In this document: positions 1 through 10,376 of the stretch, one piece after another
How the letters are laid out: each line of letters starts with the position of its first letter
Position numbering within the stretch: the stretch's first letter is position 1
Assembly (NCBI GenBank): GCA_965215055.1
Contig: OZ244046.1
Span: forward strand, 1,268,123 to 1,332,122
Reading direction: 5' to 3'
DNA: 64,000 bases
Source: Gammaproteobacteria bacterium
GTDB taxonomy: Bacteria > Pseudomonadota > Gammaproteobacteria > UBA4575
Notes under the pieces: generated by a model
Database searches by the model: none
The model's input: the letters and a program-made list of their open reading frames with translations, nothing else
What the model was told of the DNA's origin: nothing
Translations under genes and position numbers: made by a program

Positions 1-237
1 GAGGCACTCAAGTCCTGTGGCCATGAATTTGCCTACGTGAACGTATTGATGGACCCGGAAATCTTTGAAAACTTGCCACGTTACGCCGATTGGCCTACTT
101 TCCCTCAGCTTTATATTGATGGTGAGCTTGTTGGTGGATGTGATATCACCCTGGAATTACACGAAAAGGGTGAACTGCAAAAAATGGTGGCGGAAGCAGC
201 AAAGGATGAAAAGAAGGCTTCCAAAGAAGCTACATAG
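1..237 (+). CDS. grxD: Monothiol glutaredoxin Grx4, 5'-truncated by window edge
   Basis: Frame 1 is open from base 1 (EALKSCGHEFAYVNVLMDPE...); WPTFPQLYIDGELVGGCDI signature. Confidence 0.93.
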   Translation, partial: EALKSCGHEFAYVNVLMDPEIFENLPRYADWPTFPQLYIDGELVGGCDITLELHEKGELQKMVAEAAKDEKKASKEAT

Positions 238-284
238 TCAAATTCTTTTTTGCAGCTTGTTTTTCAGTATATAGGATAGCAACT

Positions 285-911
285 TCATTCTTGCAACTGG
301 TGCCACTTGTTCAACACGTTACAGAATACCGCGGCGGTTTTCTCAGCGTCGTATACAGCGGAATGCGCGCTGCTGTTTTCCCATTCCATATCGGCAGCTT
401 CGGCAATTCTTGATAACACCGTTTGACCATAGGCGAGTGCACCTAGCGTAACTGTGTCGAGGCTGCTGAAGGGGTGAAAAGGGTTATTTTTTATCCTGGC
501 GCGTGCTACTGCGGCATTGATGAAACCCAGATCAAAGGCTGCATTGTGACCAACCAGAATTGCCCGATTGCATTTATTCAGTTTTACGTGTTGGCGAATT
601 GCCACAAATACTTTTTTCAGGGCATCTTTTTCGGACAGGGCGATTCTCAAGGGGTGAAAAGGGTCAATCCCATTCACTTCCAGGGAGGCAGGTTCCAGGT
701 TTGCACCTTCAAATGGTTTGACGTGAGTGGAGACGGTGTTGTGGCAAATAAATTTTTTCTCTTTGTTTATGCTGATCAGCACTGCAGCGATTTCCAGCAA
801 TGCATCTGTACTTGCATTAAAGCCACCCGTTTCAACATCGATCACTACCGGACAAAAGCCACGGAATCGCTCGCCAATCGGAATTAAATTTTGCTGGTTT
901 TCGGTTTCCAT
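285..911 (-). CDS. rnt: Ribonuclease T (DEDDh exonuclease)
   Basis: PVVIDVETGGF, LVGHNAAFDLGF, HSAVYDAEKTA motifs. Confidence 0.96.
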   Translation of the reverse strand: METENQQNLIPIGERFRGFCPVVIDVETGGFNASTDALLEIAAVLISINKEKKFICHNTVSTHVKPFEGANLEPASLEVNGIDPFHPLRIALSEKDALKKVFVAIRQHVKLNKCNRAILVGHNAAFDLGFINAAVARARIKNNPFHPFSSLDTVTLGALAYGQTVLSRIAEAADMEWENSSAHSAVYDAEKTAAVFCNVLNKWHQLQE

Positions 912-992
912 GGGCTATTTGTCATATTAAGGCTTGGTTTCAAGCTATAATCCGGGAAAAATCAAATTTGTAACAAGTATCTGGCTCATACT

Positions 993-2213
993 GTGTCATC
1001 GGTTCAAAAAATTGTCCTCGCCTACTCAGGTGGCTTGGATACCTCTGTCATTTTAAGGTGGTTGCAGGAAACCTACCACTGTGAGGTAGTCACGTTCACC
1101 GCAGACATTGGCCAAGGTGAAGAAGTTGAGCCTGCGCGCAAAAAGGCAAAAGCTTTGGGAGTAAGCGAGATTTATGTTGAAGACCTGAAGGAAGAGTTCG
1201 TGAGTGAGTTTGTCTACCCCATGTTTCGTGCCAATGCAATCTATGAGGGAGAGTATTTACTGGGTACTGCAATTGCAAGGCCATTGATTGCAAGACGTTT
1301 AGTGGAAATCGCTAAAGAAACGGGTGCCGATGCAGTCTCTCATGGTGCTACTGGCAAGGGCAATGATCAGGTACGTTTCGAATTGGGCATATATGCGCAT
1401 AATCCCGATATTACAATCATTGCGCCCTGGCGGGAATGGCAACTTGATTCCCGTCAGAAATTATTGGCCTATGCAGAGAAAAACAACATTACAATAGAAC
1501 AAAAGCACGGTAGTCAGTCTCCGTATTCAATGGATGCAAATTTGCTCCACATCTCTTATGAAGGCGCCCGGTTGGAAGACCCTTGGGAAGAGCCGGATGA
1601 AGATATGTGGAAGCTTACCTGTGCGCCTGAGCAGGCACCTGAGCTACCGACGTACTTGGAAATCGGTTTCGAACAAGGGGATGCCGTACATTTGAATGGC
1701 GAGCCCAAGAGTCCAGCGCAATTATTGAAGGACTTGAACGTACTTGCCGGCGAACACGGTGTGGGTAGAAAGGATATTGTTGAAAATCGCTACGTTGGCA
1801 TGAAGTCGCGCGGCTGCTATGAAACTCCGGGTGGTGCGGTGCTGCTCAAGGCGCATCGTGCAGTGGAATCGATTACGCTTGACCGGGAACAGGCACACCT
1901 GAAGGATGAGATTATGCCACGTTACGCGCAATTGATTTACAATGGTTACTGGTGGAGTCCAGAACGCCTAGCCTTGCAAAAATTAATTGACGCGACCCAA
2001 ATAAATGTGACTGGCACCGCGCGTCTCAAGCTGTATAAAGGCAACGTAAGCGTGGTGGGACGCAAGTCAGAAAAAAACAGCCTGTTTGACTCGGGTATGG
2101 CGACTTTTGAAGATGACGCTGGCGTTTATAATCAAAAAGATGCGGAAGGCTTTATAAAATTAAATGCCTTGCGTATGCGAATTGCGGTAAAATCCCTCAG
2201 CCGACAACATTAA
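993..2213 (+). CDS. argG: Argininosuccinate synthase
   Basis: [35 protein letters not shown]. Confidence 0.98.
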   Translation: MSSVQKIVLAYSGGLDTSVILRWLQETYHCEVVTFTADIGQGEEVEPARKKAKALGVSEIYVEDLKEEFVSEFVYPMFRANAIYEGEYLLGTAIARPLIARRLVEIAKETGADAVSHGATGKGNDQVRFELGIYAHNPDITIIAPWREWQLDSRQKLLAYAEKNNITIEQKHGSQSPYSMDANLLHISYEGARLEDPWEEPDEDMWKLTCAPEQAPELPTYLEIGFEQGDAVHLNGEPKSPAQLLKDLNVLAGEHGVGRKDIVENRYVGMKSRGCYETPGGAVLLKAHRAVESITLDREQAHLKDEIMPRYAQLIYNGYWWSPERLALQKLIDATQINVTGTARLKLYKGNVSVVGRKSEKNSLFDSGMATFEDDAGVYNQKDAEGFIKLNALRMRIAVKSLSRQH

Positions 2214-2228
2214 ACGGACTTAAAGTTC

Positions 2229-2993
2229 ATGTGCGTATCCCTTGTGACAAAAAGGCGCACCACGCCTAGACACCTCTTTTTGCTGATGCTGATGCTGAGC
2301 GTAATGGTGAGTGGTTGTACGAGCACTCAGCAACTGTCGAGTGACCCCAGAGACCCTTGGGAGGGGTTCAACCGGGGTGTGTACGGTTTTAATGATGCCT
2401 TGGACCAAGTTTTCCTGACTCCTGTAGCGACGGGTTACCGAGCCGTGGCGCCGGAGTTTGTTGAAACAGGCGTGAGCAATTTCTTTGCAAATATCAATGA
2501 CATTGGTGTCGCGTTGAATAACGCTTTGCAGTTCAAGTTTCTCGATGCAGCCTCCGACATAGGACGTGTTCTTGTTAATTCCACAGTAGGGCTGCTGGGG
2601 TTTGTTGACGTAGCCAGTCATATGGGGCTGCAAAAACATGAAGAAGACTTTGGTCAGACGCTTGGCTATTGGGGAGTGGGTAGCGGCCCCTACGTGGTAT
2701 TGCCCTTTTTTGGTCCCAGTAACCTGCGTGATACCCCCGGCAAAGCGGTAGACATGGTGTTATGGCCGCTGAATCAGGCTGATATCAAAACTTCGGAGAG
2801 AAACGGTTTTTTTGTATTGAATGCTGTTAGCAAACGCGCAGAGCTGATGCAGCTTGAGGAAAAAACCGAAGAGCTCATTCGTGACCGTTATGTATTTATT
2901 CGAGATGCATACTTGGCTCGTCGTGAGTTTTTGGTTAATGATGGCGAAGTTTCGGTGGACGTTGATTTTTATGAAGAGTCGGAAGACAAGTGA
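2229..2993 (+). CDS. mlaA: MlaA/VacJ family outer-membrane lipoprotein
   Basis: Lipobox-like VSGC; DPWEGFNR, EDFGQTLGYWGVGSGPYVVLPFFGPS. Confidence 0.95.
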   Translation: MCVSLVTKRRTTPRHLFLLMLMLSVMVSGCTSTQQLSSDPRDPWEGFNRGVYGFNDALDQVFLTPVATGYRAVAPEFVETGVSNFFANINDIGVALNNALQFKFLDAASDIGRVLVNSTVGLLGFVDVASHMGLQKHEEDFGQTLGYWGVGSGPYVVLPFFGPSNLRDTPGKAVDMVLWPLNQADIKTSERNGFFVLNAVSKRAELMQLEEKTEELIRDRYVFIRDAYLARREFLVNDGEVSVDVDFYEESEDK

Positions 2994-3055
2994 TGTTTAC
3001 TAAAAGAGTGGACATGTGAGTTTTATGAAAAGAAGAATAGTATTCGATCAATCTC

Positions 3056-3880
3056 GTGGGCAAATGTATCGTCTGCGATAGATCTGCAGGCCCGTTCTAT
3101 TCTTTACACAAGACCTGCTACCAGGCGTATCAGGATGTCCGCGGCGATCTGCAGCGAATATTTTCCGAATCGATTGAATCTGCCGTAAAGGCAGAAGAGT
3201 TGGCCGAAGCATTATATGGTTGTCGTCCGGCCTCCCCGTTTTCACTTCGCCAGTTTGAAAATTTAATAATTCGTACGTGGCAGGAACAAGCCGGACAAAT
3301 CGTAAGAAGCAAATCACTCGACCACAGACATGCAAATTATTTGCTTGCCGTTGCGCCGGTTTTGGCAATTGAAGATAAAGACGTAGAACCGCATTTATTT
3401 CAAAGACTTGCAAATATCCAGCACCTTGAACGCATCAATCAAGGGAAACCTGCCTTGAAAATTTTTACGGCTCTTGATGATGGGATAGATTTGGCGCCTG
3501 ACGAGGCCGTGATTTGGGTATTTGAAGATGTAATGAAGGCAGAGCAGCAACAAAGCAGGGCCGAGAATCAACAATGGAGTATATTCCAGTCTATATTGAA
3601 TGGTCTATTCAATAAATCACGCTATAAGGATAAGGAGCTAAGGATAAAAGTCGAAGCTGCCGGCAACTTGGCGATTACCAACCAGAGTCTCTACTACGTT
3701 ACCAAAGGAAAAGTCACAGAGATTTGCTTGGCGGACATCTACTCCATTACGCCGATGAAAGACGGAGTACGCATACAAACCACACAAAGGGATACTACCC
3801 CCGACACCTATATTACGGGGGACGGTCGTTTTACGTATGCATTGTTATGCCATGCCAAGGGGAAAAAGTTGACGAACTAA
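3056..3880 (+). CDS. Hypothetical protein with N-terminal CxxC...HxxC putative Zn-binding motif and possible C-terminal PH-like domain
   Basis: 274-aa ORF filling the gap after mlaA; CIVC and HKTC near the N-terminus; no family recognised. Confidence 0.7.
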   Translation: MGKCIVCDRSAGPFYSLHKTCYQAYQDVRGDLQRIFSESIESAVKAEELAEALYGCRPASPFSLRQFENLIIRTWQEQAGQIVRSKSLDHRHANYLLAVAPVLAIEDKDVEPHLFQRLANIQHLERINQGKPALKIFTALDDGIDLAPDEAVIWVFEDVMKAEQQQSRAENQQWSIFQSILNGLFNKSRYKDKELRIKVEAAGNLAITNQSLYYVTKGKVTEICLADIYSITPMKDGVRIQTTQRDTTPDTYITGDGRFTYALLCHAKGKKLTN

Positions 3881-4037
3881 CTGCTAAGCCTTTGGATAAG
3901 ATTAGGGGTGCTTCCAAGAGGTTTGCAACTCCTGGATATGCTTGTTGTGACTAAGTTTTGGTCCTGTCGGTGCCCCGCTTATTTGAGCACTAGCGTAATC
4001 CCGGTATTACGACGGATTAGACACATAAATTGGTACC

Positions 4038-4196
4038 CTAACCGCAAAATATCTTTTTTAGCCAGCCAACAAAGCCGCTACTGGGTTGTACAGGTTGTGT
4101 TTCTTGTTGTGCAGGTTGTCCGTTTTCGGACTGTTTTCCATGAATAGCATCATAATGCCGCCGCAACACGGAATCTGTGGGAATGGTATCGCTCAT
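4038..4196 (-). CDS. Small 52-aa protein (MSDTIPTDSVLRRHYDAIHGKQSENGQPAQQETQPVQPSSGFVGWLKKIFCG), below ORF-track cutoff
   Basis: Translated by hand; AAGGAGG Shine-Dalgarno 7 nt before ATG at 4196; TAG at 4038-4040; protein-like modular composition. Confidence 0.75.
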   Translation of the reverse strand: MSDTIPTDSVLRRHYDAIHGKQSENGQPAQQETQPVQPSSGFVGWLKKIFCG

Positions 4197-4447
4197 TATT
4201 ACCCCTCCTTTCTGGATTTGCCATTATTGCAATAAAGGGAACATTATTTCCTCAAAACTCTAACACCGTTGTTACAATGATGCACTAATTAATGACTATC
4301 TACGTTACATACGTTGGTATATTTGATTAATATGGACTCAAATGTTTCGCAGCCGTGAAATCCGGTGGTATATTTCAGTTCTGATTAGGAAAACTTTCAC
4401 TATAGCGATGCTAAAGGTTTTAATCATTATGGTTTGGGAAATGAATA

Positions 4448-5080
4448 ATGAATAAAAAAGCTCTTGAGATTCTCGCAGGAGGGCGGTACCTGGAAGATGC
4501 TGCAACTATGGATGGCCGCAATCGTGATGTCGAGCTTGAAGATCACGTGAGAAAGATGCTGCAGCGCATAGGTGAAAATCCAAATCGTGAAGGTTTACTT
4601 GATACTCCAGCACGCGTTTCTGAAGCACTGCGGTTCTTGACGAGCGGTTATCAGCTTACAGTAGAGGAAGTCGTACAGGATGCCTTGTTTGAGGAATGCT
4701 GTGAGGAGATGGTGATCGTCAAGGATGTTGAGTTCTACTCTTTATGTGAGCATCACCTGCTACCTTTTTTCGGGCGTGCGCATGTCGGATATCTACCGCA
4801 TGGCCGCGTGATAGGGTTGAGCAAAATCGCTCGTGTTGTTGACGTTTTTGCAAGGCGCTTGCAAGTACAGGAGAGGCTTACGATGCAAATAGCAAGCGGC
4901 TTGCTGAGTATACTCAACGCGCACGGAGTTGCCGTAGTACTTGAGGCTAGTCATTTCTGCATGGTAATGCGAGGTGTACAAAAGCAGAACAGTAAAACCG
5001 TTACCAGTTCAATGCTTGGTGCATTTCGGGATGATTCGCGTTCCCGCTCCGAGTTTATGGAGTTAATCCGCGAATCATAG
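4448..5080 (+). CDS. folE: GTP cyclohydrolase I type 1
   Basis: [49 protein letters not shown]. Confidence 0.97.
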   Translation: MNKKALEILAGGRYLEDAATMDGRNRDVELEDHVRKMLQRIGENPNREGLLDTPARVSEALRFLTSGYQLTVEEVVQDALFEECCEEMVIVKDVEFYSLCEHHLLPFFGRAHVGYLPHGRVIGLSKIARVVDVFARRLQVQERLTMQIASGLLSILNAHGVAVVLEASHFCMVMRGVQKQNSKTVTSSMLGAFRDDSRSRSEFMELIRES

Positions 5081-5175
5081 CCCTTGTTATCCATATTACC
5101 TGTGCGGCGGTGAAAATACGGGCGACAGGTGCTCGGTGACGTTTTACTGTATTCTCAAGTGTTGGCTGGAAGGAG

Positions 5176-5475
5176 TCAGGGCAACACGTGCTTAAAAGGT
5201 TTAACGGTCACATTTTCGTAAACGCCAGCGGCAACGTAGGGGTCTGCATTTGCCCATGCCTGTGCCGATTGTAGCGATTCAAACTCGGCGATGATCAAAC
5301 TCCCTGTAAAACCCGCATCACCCGGATCAGGGCTGTCTATGGCAGGATGTGGCCCGGCGATGACTAGGCGTCCCTGGTTTTTAAGCTCATCCAGCCGCGC
5401 GATATGTAGGTCACGAACAGACTTGCGTGTGTCCAGGCTATTTGCGACGTCCTGACTGATGATTGCGTAAAGCAC
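5176..5475 (-). CDS. yciI: YciI family protein
   Basis: HIARL...GRLVIAGP...[11 protein letters not shown]...ADPY; start moved to GTG at 5475 (99 aa, typical length). Confidence 0.92.
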   Translation of the reverse strand: MLYAIISQDVANSLDTRKSVRDLHIARLDELKNQGRLVIAGPHPAIDSPDPGDAGFTGSLIIAEFESLQSAQAWANADPYVAAGVYENVTVKPFKHVLP

Positions 5476-5619
5476 GGTATGCGGAAAAAAGAGATTTAAA
5501 ATTTTGCCGATTATACCAGTACACAAAAAAATGCGGAAGAACGTGGAATTTCGTGGAAAGTAACAGGAGTTTACTTTGTCGTATCTGGGGCATCGTCATC
5601 ATTCCTGTGAAGGTAGTGT

Positions 5620-6240
5620 ATGAGTCAATATTTCGTTATTCATCCTGAGACCCCACAAAAGCGCTTGATTCGCCGCGCAGTTGAGATTATCAATCAGGGT
5701 GGCTTGATCGTGTATCCCACTGATTCCTGTTACGCGCTGGGCTGCCATATTGGTGATAAACGCGCGATGCACAAAATTCGAAAAATTCGTCAACTGGACG
5801 ACAAACACCATTTTACTTTGGTATGTCGTGATCTTTCCCAGCTATCCAATTATGCCATTGTCAGTAAAAGTGCTTATCGGCTTATGAAAAGGTGCACGCC
5901 CGGGCCTTACACCTTTTTGCTGAAGGCCACGCATGAGGTGCCGCGCAGATTGCAAACGCCGAGGCGTAAGACGATTGGACTGAGGACGCCAGATCATCCT
6001 GTCGCGTTACAGTTGTGTGAAGAATTGGGACAGCCACTAATGAGCAGTACTTTGACTCTACCGAACGCGAACGAACCACTTTCAGACCCGTTAGTCATAC
6101 GTGAACGCCTGGAGCATGAAGTGGATTTGGTGATTGATGCGGGGTATTGCGGTGTTCAGACAACGACGGTGATTGATCTGATCGCTTCGAAGCCTGTGGT
6201 CCTGCGCCAAGGCAAAGGCGACGCCGCTTGGCTGACGTGA
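5620..6240 (+). CDS. yciO: YciO/Sua5 (YrdC-like) family protein
   Basis: IVYPTDSCYALGC, PGPYTFLL, TIGLRTPDHP, STLTLP. Confidence 0.93.
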   Translation: MSQYFVIHPETPQKRLIRRAVEIINQGGLIVYPTDSCYALGCHIGDKRAMHKIRKIRQLDDKHHFTLVCRDLSQLSNYAIVSKSAYRLMKRCTPGPYTFLLKATHEVPRRLQTPRRKTIGLRTPDHPVALQLCEELGQPLMSSTLTLPNANEPLSDPLVIRERLEHEVDLVIDAGYCGVQTTTVIDLIASKPVVLRQGKGDAAWLT

Positions 6241-6293
6241 GGATAACGTCAGTTATTCAAATGCCCATGAAGCACCGCGTATAATATGCAAGG

Positions 6294-6983
6294 ATGAATA
6301 TTATACAAATGATTGCGGTTTGGACCCTGCCAGTTCTGTTTGCTGTTACTCTGCATGAGGTAGCTCATGGCTGGATAGCGCGTTTTTTTGGTGATTCGAC
6401 CGCGGCCAAGTCGGGACGATTGAGCCTGAATCCGCTACGACACGTTGACCCTGTCGGTACCATATTGGTACCTGCTGTTATGATACTGTTACCAGGCAAC
6501 TTTGTATTTGGATGGGCGAAGCCCGTACCCGTGAACGCGATGCAACTCGGTAAACCCAGACGCGACATGGCTATAGTGGCGGCAGCAGGGCCTGCCTCAA
6601 ATCTTGTGATGGCCTTTTTCTGGGCAATCGTCATAAAAGGTTGCTTGGCAAGTGCCGGTAGCGATAGCAGTTATGCCGAATTTTTTGTCTACATGGGTGC
6701 TGCGGGTGTAGTGATTAATTTAATGCTGATGATCCTGAATCTGCTCCCGATTCCGCCTTTGGACGGGGGCAGGGTGCTGGCCGGGGTAGTGCCAGATAGC
6801 TTTTCGTACATACTGCACAAAATCGAACCTTATGGTTTTTTCATGCTTATCGGGTTACTCGTTCTGGGTATACTGGGAAAATTGATTTTTACTCCGTTTA
6901 TTATCTTTTTGTCTTTTATTCTGTATTCATGCGGCGTGCGAATGGAGGAATTTCTGCCTTATCTATACCAACTCGTCGGATAA
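6294..6983 (+). CDS. Site-2 protease, peptidase M50 family
   Basis: HEVAHG zinc motif, NLLPIPPLDGG, multiple TM segments. Confidence 0.95.
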   Translation: MNIIQMIAVWTLPVLFAVTLHEVAHGWIARFFGDSTAAKSGRLSLNPLRHVDPVGTILVPAVMILLPGNFVFGWAKPVPVNAMQLGKPRRDMAIVAAAGPASNLVMAFFWAIVIKGCLASAGSDSSYAEFFVYMGAAGVVINLMLMILNLLPIPPLDGGRVLAGVVPDSFSYILHKIEPYGFFMLIGLLVLGILGKLIFTPFIIFLSFILYSCGVRMEEFLPYLYQLVG

Positions 6984-6997
6984 TCAGATTGACGAAC

Positions 6998-8017
6998 ATG
7001 GATGCCAACTCTTTGCAAAATAACCGTGTACTGTCCGGTATGCGTCCCACCGGGAGGTTACATCTTGGCCATCTGCATGGGGTGCTATATAACTGGCTGG
7101 AGTTGCAACATACACATGAGTGTTTTTTCTTTATTGCCGATTGGCATGCGCTGACCACTGAATATGAAGGTGTTCAGGTCATTTCCGACAGCGTACGCGA
7201 TATGGTTATCGACTGGTTGGCGGTAGGCTTGGAACCCGATGCCTCAACTTTATTTATCCAGTCGCGTGTCCCGGAACATGCGGAGTTACATCTACTATTG
7301 TCGATGATCACGCCACTCGGTTGGTTGGAGCGTGTGCCGTCGTATAAAGATCAGCAGGAAGCCCTTAAAGGAAAGAATTTGGCAACTTACGGATTTCTGG
7401 GCTATCCATTGCTGCAAAGCGCAGATATCCTTATGTACAAGGCGACAAACGTGCCAGTAGGTGAAGATCAAGTCGCACACGTCGAATTGACGCGTGAAGT
7501 CGCGCGCAGATTTAATTTTTTATATGGCGGCAAAGATAAAAACGTATTGCCGGAGCCGCAGCCCTTGTTAACCAAGGCACCAAAGATGCCCGGTCTGGAT
7601 GGACAAAAGATGTCCAAGTCACGTAATAATACGATTTTCCTGCGTGAAGATTTTGCTGTCATCGAAAATAAAATCCGCACTATGCCAACCGACCCCGCGC
7701 GCGTGAAACGCACTGATGCAGGCGATCCTGCAAAATGCCCGGTTTGGCAGTTACATGAAGTCTATTCTGATGAAGATATAAGGTCGTGGGTACAAAAGGG
7801 TTGCCGCAGTGCTGCGATCGGATGCGTCGAATGCAAGCAGCCGGTGATCGATGCAATTGAAAAAGAGTTACGCCCTATTCGTGAATGCGCCGATGAATAT
7901 GTAAGGGATGAAAGCCTCGTGCGGGGCATCATTGAAAAGGGATGTGAGCATGCCCGCAACGTAGCGCGCGATACATTAGGTGATGTCAAACGGGCAATTG
8001 GGTTATCATATTGGTAG
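6998..8017 (+). CDS. trpS: Tryptophan--tRNA ligase
   Basis: SGMRPTGRLHLGH, YPLLQSADI, KMSKS; ATG at 6998 preferred over the track's 6929. Confidence 0.97.
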   Translation: MDANSLQNNRVLSGMRPTGRLHLGHLHGVLYNWLELQHTHECFFFIADWHALTTEYEGVQVISDSVRDMVIDWLAVGLEPDASTLFIQSRVPEHAELHLLLSMITPLGWLERVPSYKDQQEALKGKNLATYGFLGYPLLQSADILMYKATNVPVGEDQVAHVELTREVARRFNFLYGGKDKNVLPEPQPLLTKAPKMPGLDGQKMSKSRNNTIFLREDFAVIENKIRTMPTDPARVKRTDAGDPAKCPVWQLHEVYSDEDIRSWVQKGCRSAAIGCVECKQPVIDAIEKELRPIRECADEYVRDESLVRGIIEKGCEHARNVARDTLGDVKRAIGLSYW

Positions 8018-8036
8018 AGCTAATAAATAGCTAGCA

Positions 8037-8870
8037 ATGGATATCAATTCTGGCCTACCAGAGAACCCGCAAGCGGAAATGCCGTTTGCCATCGTCAGGG
8101 GTGAACCGGTTTCGGTGCTTCCTGAAGACCTCTATATTCCTCCCGATGCTTTGGAGATTTTTCTTGAAGCCTTTGAAGGGCCGCTGGACCTGTTGCTGTA
8201 TTTAATCAAGCGACAGAATCTGGACATTCTGGCCTTGCCCGTTTTTCAGATTACAAAACAGTATATGCAATACATTGAACTGATGAAGGAGCTGCGGCTT
8301 GAGCTTGCTGCCAAGTATCTGGTCATGGCTGCTACGTTGGCAGAAATCAAGTCACGAATGCTGTTACCTAGGCCTGCTGCAGAGGACGATGAAGAAGACC
8401 CACGTTCGGAGTTGATACGTCGATTGCAGGAATATGAAAGATTCAAGAAGGTATCAGAAGAAATCGATGAATTACCGCGTATGTACAGGGATACGTTCAA
8501 AGTTTCGGTCATGCAATCCGAATATGAACGTGAAAAACCACAACCCAATATCGAATTAAAAGAGGTACTGCTTGCGTTTCATGACGTAGTTCAACGTGCG
8601 CAGATGTTTGCAAGCCACCGTATCCAGCGTGAACCGCTGTCCGTAAGGGAGCGCATGTCACGTATACTCAATATGTTACAGGTGGAGGATTTTGTGGAGT
8701 TTAGGCAATTTTTCAGCCCGGATGAAGGACGTGCTGGCCTCATAGTCACATTTATGGCGTTACTTGAGCTTATCAAGGAACGTATAATTGAACTGGTGCA
8801 GTCCAAGCCTTTTGCCCCCATCTATGTAAAACCGGCTGTTAAGGACTTAATTGAGGATGAGAATCTATAG
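8037..8870 (+). CDS. scpA: Segregation and condensation protein A
   Basis: FEGPLDLLLYLI, YLVMAATLAEIKSRMLLP, TFMALLEL. Confidence 0.96.
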   Translation: MDINSGLPENPQAEMPFAIVRGEPVSVLPEDLYIPPDALEIFLEAFEGPLDLLLYLIKRQNLDILALPVFQITKQYMQYIELMKELRLELAAKYLVMAATLAEIKSRMLLPRPAAEDDEEDPRSELIRRLQEYERFKKVSEEIDELPRMYRDTFKVSVMQSEYEREKPQPNIELKEVLLAFHDVVQRAQMFASHRIQREPLSVRERMSRILNMLQVEDFVEFRQFFSPDEGRAGLIVTFMALLELIKERIIELVQSKPFAPIYVKPAVKDLIEDENL

Positions 8871-8932
8871 ACACCCTATATTCATCTGGAAAGCGTGATT
8901 GAATCAATTACGATGTCTAATGAGGTGAAAGC

Positions 8933-9574
8933 ATGGAAGATACCCGGATTAAAAGTATCGTTGAAGCGGCATTAATGGCTGCGGACACTGCATTGAACAT
9001 AGACCGGCTATTGCATTTGTTTGAGCTGGATGAGGAAAAGCCGACGCGCGAGCAAATCAAAAAGGCGGTGATGGAATTACAGCAGGAGTGTGAAGACAGG
9101 GGGGTAGAGTTAAAGAGAGTCACTAGTGGTTACCGCTATCAGACACGTAGTGACGTGCAACCATGGGTGGCACGATTGTGGCAAGAGAAGCCTCCACGTT
9201 ATTCGCGCGCGTTACTTGAAACGCTGGCACTGATTGTCTATCGCCAGCCTATTACACGTGGTCAAATCGAAGAGGTGCGTGGTGTAAGCGTAAGTAGCCA
9301 CATCATCAAAACGCTGCTTGAGCGTGAGTGGGTCCGTATCATTGGGCATAAAGAGACGCCCGGACGTCCCGCGTTGTATGGCAGTACCCGGCAGTTTCTA
9401 GATCATTTCAACTTGAAATCTCTGGATGAATTACCTGATCTAATGGAGTTGGTCGACTTGCAGCAAAAACAACCGGAATTAAGCCTTGCAGACCCGCAAG
9501 AGGATGAGAAAGCTCCGCTGCATGCCGTAAATGATGAAAACGATAGTGCTGATTCAAATGAAACGCTTCATTAG
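8933..9574 (+). CDS. scpB: SMC-Scp complex subunit ScpB
   Basis: YSRALLETLALIVYRQPITRGQIEEVRGV, PGRPALYGST. Confidence 0.96.
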   Translation: MEDTRIKSIVEAALMAADTALNIDRLLHLFELDEEKPTREQIKKAVMELQQECEDRGVELKRVTSGYRYQTRSDVQPWVARLWQEKPPRYSRALLETLALIVYRQPITRGQIEEVRGVSVSSHIIKTLLEREWVRIIGHKETPGRPALYGSTRQFLDHFNLKSLDELPDLMELVDLQQKQPELSLADPQEDEKAPLHAVNDENDSADSNETLH

Positions 9575-9701
9575 CACTGCTCAATTTTGTCGCCAAAACG
9601 GTTTTGATTGTAAAGTGTCCTCCACTTGCGTGGAAGATGACAGGTTGATGGAGGCACATGGCTGGCATTTTTGATGTCGTAACACAATCGGTCAACTTAT
9701 T

Positions 9702-10376
9702 ATGCCGGCGTCGCGTTATTACGGGATATTTGAAAGACTTTTACGGCAACATGGTCATCGAGATTGGTGGCCAGCAGATTCCGCATTCGAGATTATGGTA
9801 GGTGCAATCCTCACGCAAAACACAATGTGGAAGAATGTCGAACGGGCAATTGACAATCTGAAGATTGCCGATCATTTTCATGTCGAGGCCATTGTAAACG
9901 CGCGACACGCATATCTGGCTGGCCTCATCAAGCCGTCCGGCTATTTCAACGTGAAGGCTAAACGTCTGCAAAGATTCTGTAAATGGTATATGGCTGCAGG
10001 AGGTTACGTGCGGTTGCGCTATTGGCCTACCGCTACATTACGCAAACGATTACTGGGCATATATGGAATAGGCTACGAAACTGCCGACGATATCCTGCTT
10101 TACGCTTTCAATCGTCCCGTATTTGTTATTGATGCGTATACGCGCAGGATTTTTTCACGTCTTGGACATATTCAAGGTGATGAGCCCTATGATGAACTCC
10201 GCCATGCGTTCGAGGCGCAACTTCCCAATAGTCCAAAGCTGTTTGGGGAATACCACGCCTTGATTGTTCAACATGGCAAGGATGTGTGTAAGGCCAAGCC
10301 AAATTGCAAGGCTTGCAGTCTTGGCTCGATTTGCAAATTTAACAACGAAAGCGTTAACCGCAAAAACCGGGATTGA
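9702..10376 (+). CDS. HhH-GPD endonuclease III-related DNA glycosylase with C-terminal [4Fe-4S] motif
   Basis: WWPADSAFEIMVGAILTQNT, GIGYETADDILLY, VIDAYTRRI, C-x6-C-x2-C-x5-C. Confidence 0.88.
   Translation: MPASRYYGIFERLLRQHGHRDWWPADSAFEIMVGAILTQNTMWKNVERAIDNLKIADHFHVEAIVNARHAYLAGLIKPSGYFNVKAKRLQRFCKWYMAAGGYVRLRYWPTATLRKRLLGIYGIGYETADDILLYAFNRPVFVIDAYTRRIFSRLGHIQGDEPYDELRHAFEAQLPNSPKLFGEYHALIVQHGKDVCKAKPNCKACSLGSICKFNNESVNRKNRD

Noticed and set aside
3908-4147. 79-aa plus-strand ORF in the track
   Set aside because: No SD or protein-like features; it is the antisense shadow of the better supported 52-aa minus-strand ORF
9658-9801. GGAGG followed by ATG opening a 47-codon ORF overlapping the glycosylase gene out of frame
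   Set aside because: SD-ATG spacing is only 3 nt, the product is unrecognisable and the glycosylase N-terminus is already complete
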